From a virus: a stretch of 64,000 nt of DNA. A program made the position numbers and the translations under genes. The stretch is from positions 7,887-71,886 of the IMG/VR virus record IMGVR_UViG_3300047168_000018; one strand, given 5' to 3'. The notes under the pieces are model-generated. The model was not told the DNA's origin. It did not search any database and saw only the letters and a list, made by a program, of their open reading frames with translations. Below are positions 18,116 to 30,100 of this stretch, piece by piece (positions within the stretch are counted from its first letter, which is position 1; each line of letters begins with the position of its first letter).

Positions 18116-21100
18116 ATGCCGCCCGACGGTTCCCAGCCTCCTGCCGCGCAGCCGACGCAGCAGGCGTCGATCCAATATCAGCCCGACCCAACGGCCCCGC
18201 CGCCGCCGGTCTACGCGCCCGATCCGACCGCCGCCCAAAGCCCGCAGGAATACTGGGACAACCTCTACAAGGCGGCCGGCGCGAAATACGGCGTTCACCC
18301 CGCCCTCGTGAAGGCGGTGCGCGAGCAGGAATCCGGCGACAAGCAATACGTCGTCTCGTCCGCCGGCGCTGAAGGCCCGATGCAGTTCATGCCGGGCACC
18401 GCCAAGCAGGAAGGGGTGAAAGACCCCTACAACTCCGAGGACGCGGTGTTCGGCGCGGCGAAGCTGTTGCGCGAAAACTTCGACCAGTACAAAGACCCGC
18501 GCCAAGCTTTGATGGTCTACAACGCCGGCGGCGACCCATCGAAATGGGTGCCGGGCTACGCCGACGGCGTCATGGCGCGCTTCAACAAGTACGCGCCGGG
18601 AATGCGACCCGGTCCAAAAATGTCCGACCATCCGGCAAGGGACGATCAGGACGACGCGATCCCGCCCCCGCCGCCGGGGTTGGTGCCGAAGTCCGCCCTT
18701 CGGGCAATTCCGCCGCCCCCGCCAGGGCTTGTGCCGATCTCGCAGGAACCAAGCCTGACGACGGCGGCGCATGTCGCCGAAGAGCAGCAGCAGGGAGCGC
18801 CGCCGTCGCAGGGCTTGTTCACCGCTGCGAAAAACGCCGCCAACCAAGCAGCATTTACCGGCGTCGGCGCAGCGGTGAAGGGCGTCGGCGAGGCAATCGA
18901 CAACGCTGCCGTCAACTATTATCGCCGACAGCTTGCCACCATGGACCTCATCGACCAGGGCAAGCCGCCGACGGAAGGGGGTGAGCGTCCCCTCTATGCC
19001 GATGTGTCGCCCGAGCAGCGCCAGCAGATGCGCGCCGATATTCAGGCCAAACTAGACGCGGCCACGGCCGGCAGACCCGCACCGCCGCCGACACGGGCCG
19101 AACCCGCAGATATGACGGACCGCTACAACACGCCTCTGTCGGACGCGGACGAGGCCAAGTTCCAGCAATGGATGAAGGATCGCAGCAAGTTCGCTGGCCG
19201 CGATACGTCGTCGGACCTGTTCGACTATGACCTACGCGGCGCATGGAAGGCGAACGCCGAGCAAGCCTCGAACGGCCATCTGCCGGACACCTTCAAGAAG
19301 CCCAACCACCCGACATTCTCGGACGAAAGCCAGTACAACGGTGCTGACGGGCATGTCGGTGGCCAGTGGGTGCCGAGTAAAGACGGTCCTGTTTTTCAGG
19401 CGTCACCGACGAACGTACAGAACATGGGCACGCAGGGCCTGCGCGATTACTTCAAGAAGGTCGAACCAACCGCCGCCCTGGCATTGCCGCCGACGACCGG
19501 CGGCGCCGACAACGCGATCACCCGCGCCGGTCAAGCCATCCAGAACTATGGCACGCGCGAATACCCCGTCCAGCCGCAGAATGAGGGTGTTGTCACGGGA
19601 GCCGCCCGCATGATCGGCGGCTTGGTGCCGATGGCCGCTGCGGCTGGCGCTGGTGCTGTGGTCGGTGGCCCCGTCGGCGCCGTGGAACTCGGGGGCGCGG
19701 TTTTCGGGGGCACCTTCGCCGCCGCGCAAAGCTACGATGGCACCTACAACGAAGCTCTATCCAAAGGTGCCAGCTACGACGAAGCCCACAAGGCGGCGAC
19801 GGAAAGTGCTGCGACCAACGGCGTGATGATGGCCGCGCCGATCGGGCGGCTGTTCTCGGGCGTCCCGGCGCCGGTCAAGGAAGGGTTCGCGCAAACCCTG
19901 GTGAACCTGGGCAAGCACGGCGTCGAGTTCGGCAGCGTCGGCGCGGCATCTCAGTTCGCCGACAACTATATCGCCAATCAGACCTACGATCCGACCCGGC
20001 CGCTTCTGAAGGATGTGCCGTCGGCGTTCGGCGAGGGCTTTGTCACGGGGCTTGTCGTGCCGGCCGCGACCGGAGTGACAAAGTGGTCGGCTGACAAACT
20101 GCGCGACGCGATGAGCCAGCCGGCTTCCGATGCGTTCCGCCAAGCGGCGGACGACCTTCAGCAGGAAGCGGTGCGCCGGCGCGCAGCCGCGCAGCCGAAG
20201 CAGATCACCGGCCCCGAGACGCCGCCGCCAGAGTCACCGGCGGCGGAAGCGCCTCCCGCCGGCCCGACGCCGCCCGCAGCACCGCCCGGCGAATCGCCGC
20301 CGGCCCCTGCCGGCAGCCCGGAAGCGCCGTTGCCTGCCGCGAAGCCGGAAGCCGAAAAGCCGGCAACCGCCGACAAGCCCGTGCCCATCGAAAAGCCCGG
20401 CGACATCGAAGCGGCAACACAGCACGTCGAGCAACCAACCCCGGCCCAGGCCGAGGCTGGCAACTACCAGAAGGCGCATGTCGAGATCGCGCCCGACGCG
20501 CCAAGCGGGGGCCTGTCCGTCACGGTCGAGACCCCGAAGGGCGTCACCCGCAGCGGCGTTGGTCCCGATGGCAAGCCCTGGTCGGTCGAAGCGCCCGCAG
20601 ACTACGGCGAAATCAAAGGGACGAAGGGGGCGGACGGCGACCCGCTGGATGTCTACCTCGGCCCTCTGGCGCACGAGGCGCAGGACCATCCCGTCTACAT
20701 CGTGCAGCAGCACGAGCCGGGGAAGGAAGTCGGCAAGCCCGGCGACTTCGACGAGCACAAGCCGATGGTCGGCTTCCCGAGCGAGGCCGAGGCGGTCACG
20801 ACGTACCTTCAGGGCTTCTCGGACAACAGCGGGCCTTCGCGCATCGGGCAGGTCGTGCCGATGCCGTTCGATCAGTTCGTCCAATGGGCGCACTCGGACG
20901 CGGCTGCCCAACCGTTCCCGAAGGCGGAAGCGGCGAAGATCGAAGCCCCGAGCCAGGGCGGCGGCGAAGCGCCTGCGGAGACGGCGGAAACCGAAACGCC
21001 GACATCAAGTGAAGCGGCCGCGCCGTCAACCGAAGGCGCGCAGGCGTCAACTCGGGCACCGAAGTCGTCAACTCGCCGTCGGGTTTCGTCGCCGGAAACG

Positions 21101-24100
21101 CTGCTGCAATTCCTCGCCGCCAGGGGCGGTCTGAAGGATCAGGGCGGCGAACTCGCAAGCATGGGGCTGACAAAGCGGTTTGTTCCCGGCCACGGCGCCT
21201 TGGTGCGCCCGACCGGGATGACGCTGGATCGGGCGCGAGAGGCGGCACAGGAGGCGGGATTCCTGCCACCCGACAGTCCGAACCGCCCGTCCGATAACAG
21301 CATCGACGACCTGATCGGCCTGCTGGATCAGGAGGCGCGCGGCCAGAAAGTCTATCGTCCGTCCGACATCGTGGAAGCGCAGGCGCGTGCCGCCGAGCGC
21401 GAGCGAATGAACCCTGGCAACGAGGAAGGGCTTGCAGTCGAGTACGCGATGGGCGAAGTGCAGTCCGCCGCCGATGACATGGGGCTGACCCTGACGGCGG
21501 AAGAAACCGAGGACATCGCGCGGGCGGTGGTCCAGGGCACCGATGTCCTGACCGCGATCACCAACCTGACCGAGGAGAAGGCCGTCGAGGCAGAGCGCGC
21601 CGCAGCGGAAGCGGCAAAGATTCGCGACGAGCAGGATTGGGACATCCCGTGGGAGTGGCCGAGCAATGTGGAAAAGCCCCAAGGCGGCGATTGGCCTGGC
21701 GAACCGGCTTCGACAGCGAGCGAGGCAGCAGCCGAACCTGACACCGCAGCAGCGGCAGGAGATGGAGCGGCGGGCGACGAATCTCGTGCTGGCGAGCACG
21801 AAGGGGCACAAACTCTCATCCCCGGCGTCGGGCCAGTCACCGACAAGGACCGCGCCCAAGCCGGTGCCGACAGGCCGCTAAAGGGCGGCAACGCGCCAAT
21901 CGGCGATGTCGGGCTGTTCTCTCCCGCAGCGGGAAAGCAGACCGACCTCGTTGATGCGGTCAATCAGGCCAAGGCCGAGGCGGCAAAGCCGGTCGAGCCG
22001 CCCAAGAACGGCATGGAATACGCCGCTGCCAAACACACGAAAACCGGCGTCCCACTTCACGTCGTCAAGCTGACTGGCGAACGCCTGACCCCCGAGGCGT
22101 TCAACGCGCTGCGGGCGAAGGCGAAGACCGCCGGCGGGTCGTGGAGCAGCTTCCGCGGCAAGGGCGCGGTGCCGGGGTTCCAGTTCAAGACGAAGGCGGC
22201 AGCAGAGAAGTTCATCGCCGAGAACGGCGGGGCCGCGCCGGAAGCGGCGACGCCAGAGGAAGTCCCGCCCCCGCCGCCCGGCTTCGTGCCGGCGTCGAAG
22301 ATGAACGAGACCGCGTTTCGCAGCGCGCTTGAGCGGACGGGCGCTGCACAGCATGACGGTCTGTGGCGGATCGTGCCCGATGTCGGCAGCGGCTATGCCG
22401 TCGAGTACACGCCGCCAAACGGTCGACGCGAGACATTCCGAGCCAGCGAGAACCGCGACCCATACAATCTCGACGAGGCGCGGCAGCGCGCCGTGCAGGA
22501 AGCCGAAGCTGTGCGGCAGTTTGGCGCGGAAGCGCCCCGCCCCCTGTCGGACGGCAAAGGCGGCAACCTGACAGAAGTTGGGAAAAACTACGCCGGGGAG
22601 ACCCTCTACGAAGACAAGCACGGCGTCAGGTCGATCCACGACAAAGGGGTCTCGGTCGGCGAAACCGTTGACCTGCGTCCCGAGCGCACGCCGAACGGCG
22701 GCATCCGCTACGTGCCGCAGGTCATGCGCGGCCAGAACAAGGAGCCGCGTTTCCAGATTGCCGAGCCGCATCCGGCGAGCGGGCGCGAGCGGGAGTATCA
22801 GGCCCCGCAGGAATCCGACGCGGACCGCCGCGAGCGCGAGCGGCTGGAACGCTGGAACGCCGCCGAGGACGCGCGGAAGAAAGCCGAGGCAGCCGAGCAG
22901 CCGCAGGCCGAGGAGCCCGGCTACGGTGCCGGCAACAAGACGTTCACCGCCGACAAGGCCGAAGCCGCCCGCGCCCGCCTTCGCGAGAAGCTGAAGCGGC
23001 TCAACTCCGGCCTCGACCCCGAGATGATGCTGGATGGCCTGACCCTCGCCGGCTACCACATTGAGGCGGGGGCCAGGGTGTTCGCCGACTACGCAAGGGC
23101 GATGGTCGATGACCTCGGGCAGGCCGCGACCCCGTTCCTGCGCAGCTGGTATGAGGCGGTGCGGCACTATCCCGGCTTCGATCACGCCGGCATGTCCGGT
23201 GGGGACGAGATCGAAGCGGCGTTGCGCGACATCGACCGCGCGCCCACTTCCCCCGAGGAGGCGGATCATGGACTTCAAAATCCCCTACCTGAAAGCAATG
23301 CGGGAGCGCGACCCGAGGATGTTCCTGCAACTGAGCCGGGCGGGGCAGTTGGAAGCCCACGCCCAGGCGAAGGCGGTCGAGGCGAGCAAGATGCTGGCCG
23401 ATATCCTGAAGGGGGAGAAGAAGGGGCCGTCGGGCCTGCCGGAGAACCCGGCGGCGCAGAGGGCAGCGGAGGAGCAGGTGTTCGCGACGCTGATCGACTT
23501 CCCGACACCGGAGAAGGATCAAAACCCCGAACCGCCCGACGACCTCCCCGACCCGACGCGCACGTCACGGGCACCGACTACCGGATCGAGCCGGGCGAAA
23601 TAGCCGAGGATCGCGGCCCGGCGCAGAAGGCGCGCGACAACCTCGACGCCATCCGCATCGTCAAGCAGATGGCCCTCGAAGGGCGGCTCGCGACCCGCGA
23701 GGAGCAGGGCATCCTCGCCCGATATGTCGGCTGGGGCGGCCTGCCGAAGGTGTTCGACCGCAACACCGACGACAAGACGATGAAGGAAGTCGGCGACCAG
23801 ATTCGGACTCTGCTGACGCCCGACGAATACCAGACCGCCAGCCGATCAACCCAGTGTGCCCACTACACCGCCGAGAACGTCGTCCGCGCGATGTGGGACG
23901 CGGTTCAGCGGATGGGCTTCAAGGGCGGTCTGATTTTCGAGCCTGGCATGGGCATCGGCAATTTCCTCGGCATGATGCCGCCCGATCTTGCGGAGGCCAG
24001 CAAGTATCAGGGGGTCGAGATGGATCACCTGACGGCGGACATCGCCAAGGCGCTCTATCCCGAGAGCGGCATCCGCCGCGCCGATTTGCGCAAGGTTCCC

Positions 24101-27100
24101 CTGCCGAAGGATCACTTCGACCTCGCGATTGGCAATCCCCCCTTCAGTGGCGTGACGATCACGTCCGATCCGAAATACCGCCAGGGCTTCGTTCTGGCCG
24201 ACTATTTCTTTGCCAAGTCGCTGGACTCGGTCAGGCCGGGGGGCTTGCTCGCCTTCGTCACCGGAGCCGGCACGATGACGAAACTCGGCAGCGAAGCGCG
24301 GGAATATCTCGCCGAGCGCGGCGAGTTCCTCGGCGGCATCGGACTTCCCTCGGACGCCTTCAAGCAGAACGCCGGAACGGAAGTCACGACGCACATCCTG
24401 TTCTTCAAGAAGCGGCCCGAGCAGGTGCCGTTCGATAGCCTGCCGGCCAGCGAGCGCGCCTGGACCGAAGTCACGCCGAAGCGACTGCCGAACGCCTATG
24501 GAGGAACCGACGAAGGAAACGTCAGCCGCTACTTCGACGCGCACCCCGACATGGTGCTCGGGGAGGAGGGCTTCTTCGACAAACTCCACCCCGGCCGCTA
24601 CGCCGTCCATTCGGACGGGCGGGATCTGACCCAGGCGCTCGGGGATGCGATCGCCAAGCTGCCCGCCGACGTGATGACGCCGCTGCTGACGCCGGAGCAG
24701 CGGGGCGAACTCGACTTCGGCAGCGGGCAGACAAAGGACGGTTCGTTCTACCTCAAGGGCGACCGGCTGATGCAATACAGCGGCGGCGTTGGCCGCGTCG
24801 TGCCGATGCGCGGTGCAGGCGTCGCCGGCCCCTCGGCGGAAGAACACAAGATCATCAAGCACCTGATCCCGGTCAGGGACGCGATGCGCGACGTGATCGC
24901 CGCCGATATTGCGGGTGACGAGGAAGCCGGGAAGACGGCTCGCAAGGCGCTGAACAAGCACTATGACGCCTTCGTCAAGCAGCACGGCCCGATCAACAAG
25001 GCCAACATCCGCCGTCAGCGCCCGAGCATCATCCAGCAGGAAAGTGCCAGGCTCGCGGCACGGGAAGACGCCCGCGCGATCGGCGAGTATTTCTCCGACG
25101 GCGACTTCAACGTCGAACCCTATCTGCGCAAGAAGGCGAAGATCGCCGAGATCGCCAATGCGCGCCGGGACGCGCGGGAGGCGGCGCTTGCGGCCGGTAA
25201 GCCGTGGGACGAGGGGACGTTCGATCCCGGCGACATGCCGGACATCGTCATCGACCAGCGCCCGAACATCCGCCCGTTCATGGCGGACCCGGAAAGCTAC
25301 CGCCTGCGGTCGATCGAGGATTACGACGACGCCACCGGCACGGCGAAAAAGCGCGATGTCTTCTACCGCAGCGTCATCAAGCGTTCGGTCGAACCCGATC
25401 TGAAGACCGCCAAGGACGGCGTCATCTGGTCGATGAACGAGTTCGGCAAGTTCGACCTCGGCAAGATCGCGGCGAAGATGAACCTGTCCCCCGAGACGGT
25501 GCTGGCCGACCTCGGCGATCACGTCTACCGCCTGCCGGGGACCAGCGTTCACCAGACGCGGGAGGAATATCTCTCGGGCGACGTGAAGACGAAACTGCAA
25601 GAAGCCCGCGCCGCCGCCCTGGCCGATCCTACGCTTGAGCGCAACGTGAAGGCGCTGGAAGCCGTGCAGCCCCGTCCGCTGGCACCGAACCAGATCAGCA
25701 TGGTCTTGGGTATGCCGTGGATGGGCGCGGAAACCGTCAACGACTTCATCGACCATCTCGGCATTGGCCGGTTCGAGGCGACGCACGTTCCCGAGATGGG
25801 CCGCTGGCTGGTGACGGACGCCGCAGCCTATAGCGGCTACCGCCCCAAGAAGAAGCAGCGCCGGTCGCAGAGCCAGATGACCGAGGGCGCACTTCGCTGG
25901 GGCATTCCGCAGCGGTCCGCAGCCGAACTCCTGACCGACGCGCTCAACCGAACGCCGCCGAGAGTGATGACCGAAGGCAGCCGGGACGACCCGCCGCGTT
26001 TCGATCCGGTCGCGACGGAAGCCGCACAGGCCAAGATTACCGAGATGAAGGAGGCGTTCGCGTCCTGGCTTGATGCCGACGGCGACCGCAAGAACGCCCT
26101 CGCCGACCTCTACAACGACAAGATGAACCGCACCGTCGCCCCGGTCATCGACGGGTCGTATCTGACCCTGCCGGGGGTGGCGGATCACTGGAAGTGGCGA
26201 CCGCACCAGTTGCGCGCAATCGCCCGCGTGATCCAGAAAGGCAACACGTACCTCGCGCACGCGGTCGGCGCCGGCAAGGCCCAGCCGCTTGATGCCAAGG
26301 TGCTGACCCCAGACGGATGGCGTTTAATGGGCGATCTGGCGGTAGGCGATTTTGTTATTGCCGGCGATGGCTCCCCGACGAGGGTAGAAGGAGTCTTCCC
26401 GCAGGGCGAGAAGGACATATTCAGGATCACCTTCAGCGACGGGGCTTCGACGCAATGCTGTGATGAGCACCTGTGGCTGACTCGTACCTATCGGGAGCGC
26501 GGGTACGCTCAGAAGGCCGCCAGAGCCGGAAAGGACTGGAACTGCGGGAAGCCAAAAGCGCGGTCGCTGGCGGAAATCCGCACGACCCTTCGGTCCGATC
26601 ACTTGAACGCAGCCAACCATTCCATCCCGATGGTGGGGGCTGTGCAGTTCAACGCCGCATCGCTTCCGCTTGATCCATATCTCATGGGGCTTCTCATCGG
26701 CGACGGATGCTTCCGCAGCGGCGTCGTCATGTTCTCGTGCGCTGAGGCAGAACTGGTAGAAGCGGTTCAGGCATTGTTGCCGCCTGAGTGCGAAATCAGG
26801 CTGAAGGGGCGCTACGACTACCACATTCGTTTTACCGGAACCGTGAAGTACGCGGTCGGCGGCGGCAGGGTGCCGACACATCCTGTCATCAACGCGCTGC
26901 GTGCTGGTGGCATGTGGGATTGCCTCTCGAACGAGAAGACCATTCCGGACGCCTATCTATTTGGCGATGTCGAAAGCCGCGTGGCCCTGCTTCAGGGATT
27001 GTTGGACACCGATGGCACCGTCAGCAGGTCAGGTCACGGCGTTTCGTTCACGACTGTCTCGCCGTCACTCGCTCGTCGCATGACCGAACTTGTCCGCTCG

Positions 27101-30100
27101 CTCGGGGGCACTACAGGGGTCAATCTTAGGTTCCCAACATACACGCACGCCGGCGTCCGCCATATCGGGCAGCAGGCATATACCCTGTCGATTTGCCTGC
27201 CTCCCCACATTGCGCCCTTCAGGCTTTCCAGAAAGGCAGCGATTGCCAAGCCGAAGACCAAATACGTCCCGACCAGATATATCGTCGATGTAGAGCCGGT
27301 GGGCCGCAAGGAAGCGCAGTGCATCCGAGTAGCGCATCCGTCCCACTTGTACGTCACCGACGATTTCATCGTGACGCACAACACAACCGAGATGATCGCG
27401 AGCGCAATGGAAATGCGGCGCCTTGGCCTCGTCAGGAAGCCGATGTTCGCGGTTCCCAACCACATGCTCGCGCAATTCACCAAGGAGTTCTACGAACTCT
27501 ACCCGACGGCGCGGATTTCGGTGGCCGACGAGGAGAAGTTCCACACCGACCGGCGCAAGCAGTTCATCGCCAACGTCGCGCAGGATGACCTTGATGCGGT
27601 CATCATCACGCACTCGTCCTTCGGCATGATCCCGATCAGCCACGAGTACGAGAACGGCATCATTCAGGAGGAAATCGAGAACATTCGCGAGGCGATGTCG
27701 GGCCTCTCCAAGCAGGATGACCGCATCACGATCAAGAACCTCGAAAAGATGCTGGAAAAGCTGCAAGAGAAAATGGCACGCGCTAGCGGCGGGGCGAAGG
27801 ATCAGGCGTACGCCTTCGAGGAACTCGGCGTCGATTTTCTATATGTTGACGAGGCGCACTTGTTCCGCAAATTGTCCTTCGCGACCGCCCTCGGGAACAT
27901 CAAGGGCATCACGCCGTCCGGCTCGGAAATGGCGTGGGACCTCTACACGAAGATGCGCTACCTGAATGACGAGCGGCCCGGCCGATCTGCTGTGCTGGCG
28001 TCAGGCACCCCGATCACGAACACGATGGGCGAGCTGTACACGGTCAGCCGTTACCTTCAGCCGCAGGCTTTGAAGGAGCGCGGCATCCAGCATTTCGATA
28101 GCTGGGCGCAGACCTTCGGCGACACGACGACAGACCTTGAACCCCGCCCCGATGGTTCCTACAAGCCGGCGACCCGGTTCTCGAAATTCGTCAACACGCC
28201 CGAACTCTATCAGATCGTGTCCGAAGTCATGGACACCGTCACGTCCGAGCAGTTGGCGCAGTATGTCGTGCGACCGCAACTTGAGGGGGGCAAACGCCAC
28301 CTTCACTTGGCACCGTTCACTGAGCACCTTCAGGCGTACCAGAAGACGCTCGCCGACCGGCTGAAGGACATCGAGGCGCGCACCGGATCGCCAAAGAAAG
28401 GCGACGACATCCTCCTGACGGTCATCAACGACGGCCGGCATTCGGCGATCGACCCGCGCTTTGTCATGGAGGCGCAGAACGACCCGAAATCGAAGCTGAA
28501 CATGATGATCGACAACGTCGCGCGCATCTGGAAGGAAAGTGCCAACCAGCAGTTCTACGATCCCGGCACCAGCTACAAGGAGAAGTCCTTCAGGGGGCCG
28601 GCGACGCAGATGATCTTCTCGAACCTCGGCGTGAACGGCCGGGGTCCGATGGGTTTTTCCGGCTATGCCTGGATCAGGGCGGCGCTTGAGCGTCAGGGCA
28701 TCCCGTCGCACGAAATCGCGTTCATCGGCGATTACAAGGGGTCGCTTCAGCGCCAGCAGCTTTTCAACGACGTGAACGAGGGGAAGGTCCGCATCCTCGT
28801 CGGCTCGACGCAGAAGATGGGCACCGGCGTGAATGCCCAGAAGCGGTTGCTGGCGATCCACAATCTCGACCCGCTCTGGTATCCGTCGGACGACGAGCAG
28901 AGAAACGGACGGGGACTGAGGCAGGGCAACCACAACCCGTTCCTTCAGATCCACGACTACACGACGACGGACACCTACGACCGGAATATGTGGACGATGA
29001 TGGGCCGCAAGGCCGGGTTCATCGAATCCTTCTTCCGCGGCGACCCTGACCTGAGAGAAATGGAAGACCTCGGGGAAGCGTCGGTGTTCGCCCAGGCGGC
29101 GGCGATGGCAACGTCCGATCCCCGCGTGTTTCAAATGGCGGACATCAAGGCGCAACTCGACAAAGCCGAGCGCCGCCGGGATGCCTACGAGAACAACCTG
29201 TACAGCTTGCGCGGGCAGTTCAACGACGCTCGCTACAGCATCGAATACGCCCAAAAGCGAATTGCGCAGACCGACGAGGACATCGCCCAGCGCATTCCGA
29301 CGAAGGGCGATGCCTTCCGTATGAACGTCGCCGGCAAGGAGTTCGACAAGCGCCAAGACGCTTGGGAAGAATTGCAGGCGGTGATGAAGGACCGGCTCGA
29401 CGGAATGGGCGAGACCGGGCGCACCCGCATCGGCATTATTGGCGGCTTCGGGATGGTGCTGTCGAAGACGAAACTTGGCTACCGCATGGCGCTTGAAGCA
29501 AAGTCCGGTCGCGAAATCGACATCTCGGCCACGGGTCCGATTGCCAGCGCCGAGTCCTACCTGCGCGACCTTGAGAAGATGCGGGCCGGCTACGAGCGTG
29601 ACGTAGAAGAAAAACAGAAGCAAGCCGAACTGCTGCGCGCCGAACTCGAAAAGCCGTTCGAGGGCGACGCCGAGATCAAGCGCCTGCGGCAGTCCTACAA
29701 CGAACTCCGCACCGCGCTGACGCCGAAGAAAGAGGCGGGCATGAATGTCGGCGAGGATGAGGACGAGGAATCCCGCCGCGCCCCCGTCACCGCCGAGGAC
29801 GCCAAGGATCGCGGCGTCACCCAGGACGAACCCGCCCTTCGTGAAGCAATGCGCGAGGCGATGCGCCTGTCGGGCCTTCCTTCGTCGATTGGCGTGCGCC
29901 TCGTCGACAAACTGGCCGGCGGCAAGGTCGACAGCGTCTACGCGCGCAACCTCATCACCGTTGCTCTGGACACGCCGCCAGAGCAGCTACCGGCCAAACT
30001 GTTCCACGAGACGATCCACGCGATGATGGACCCGTCGCTGAACATCCTCTCGACCCAGCAGCGCACTGCGTTGCTCGTCGCGGCCAACCGCTACCTAGCC

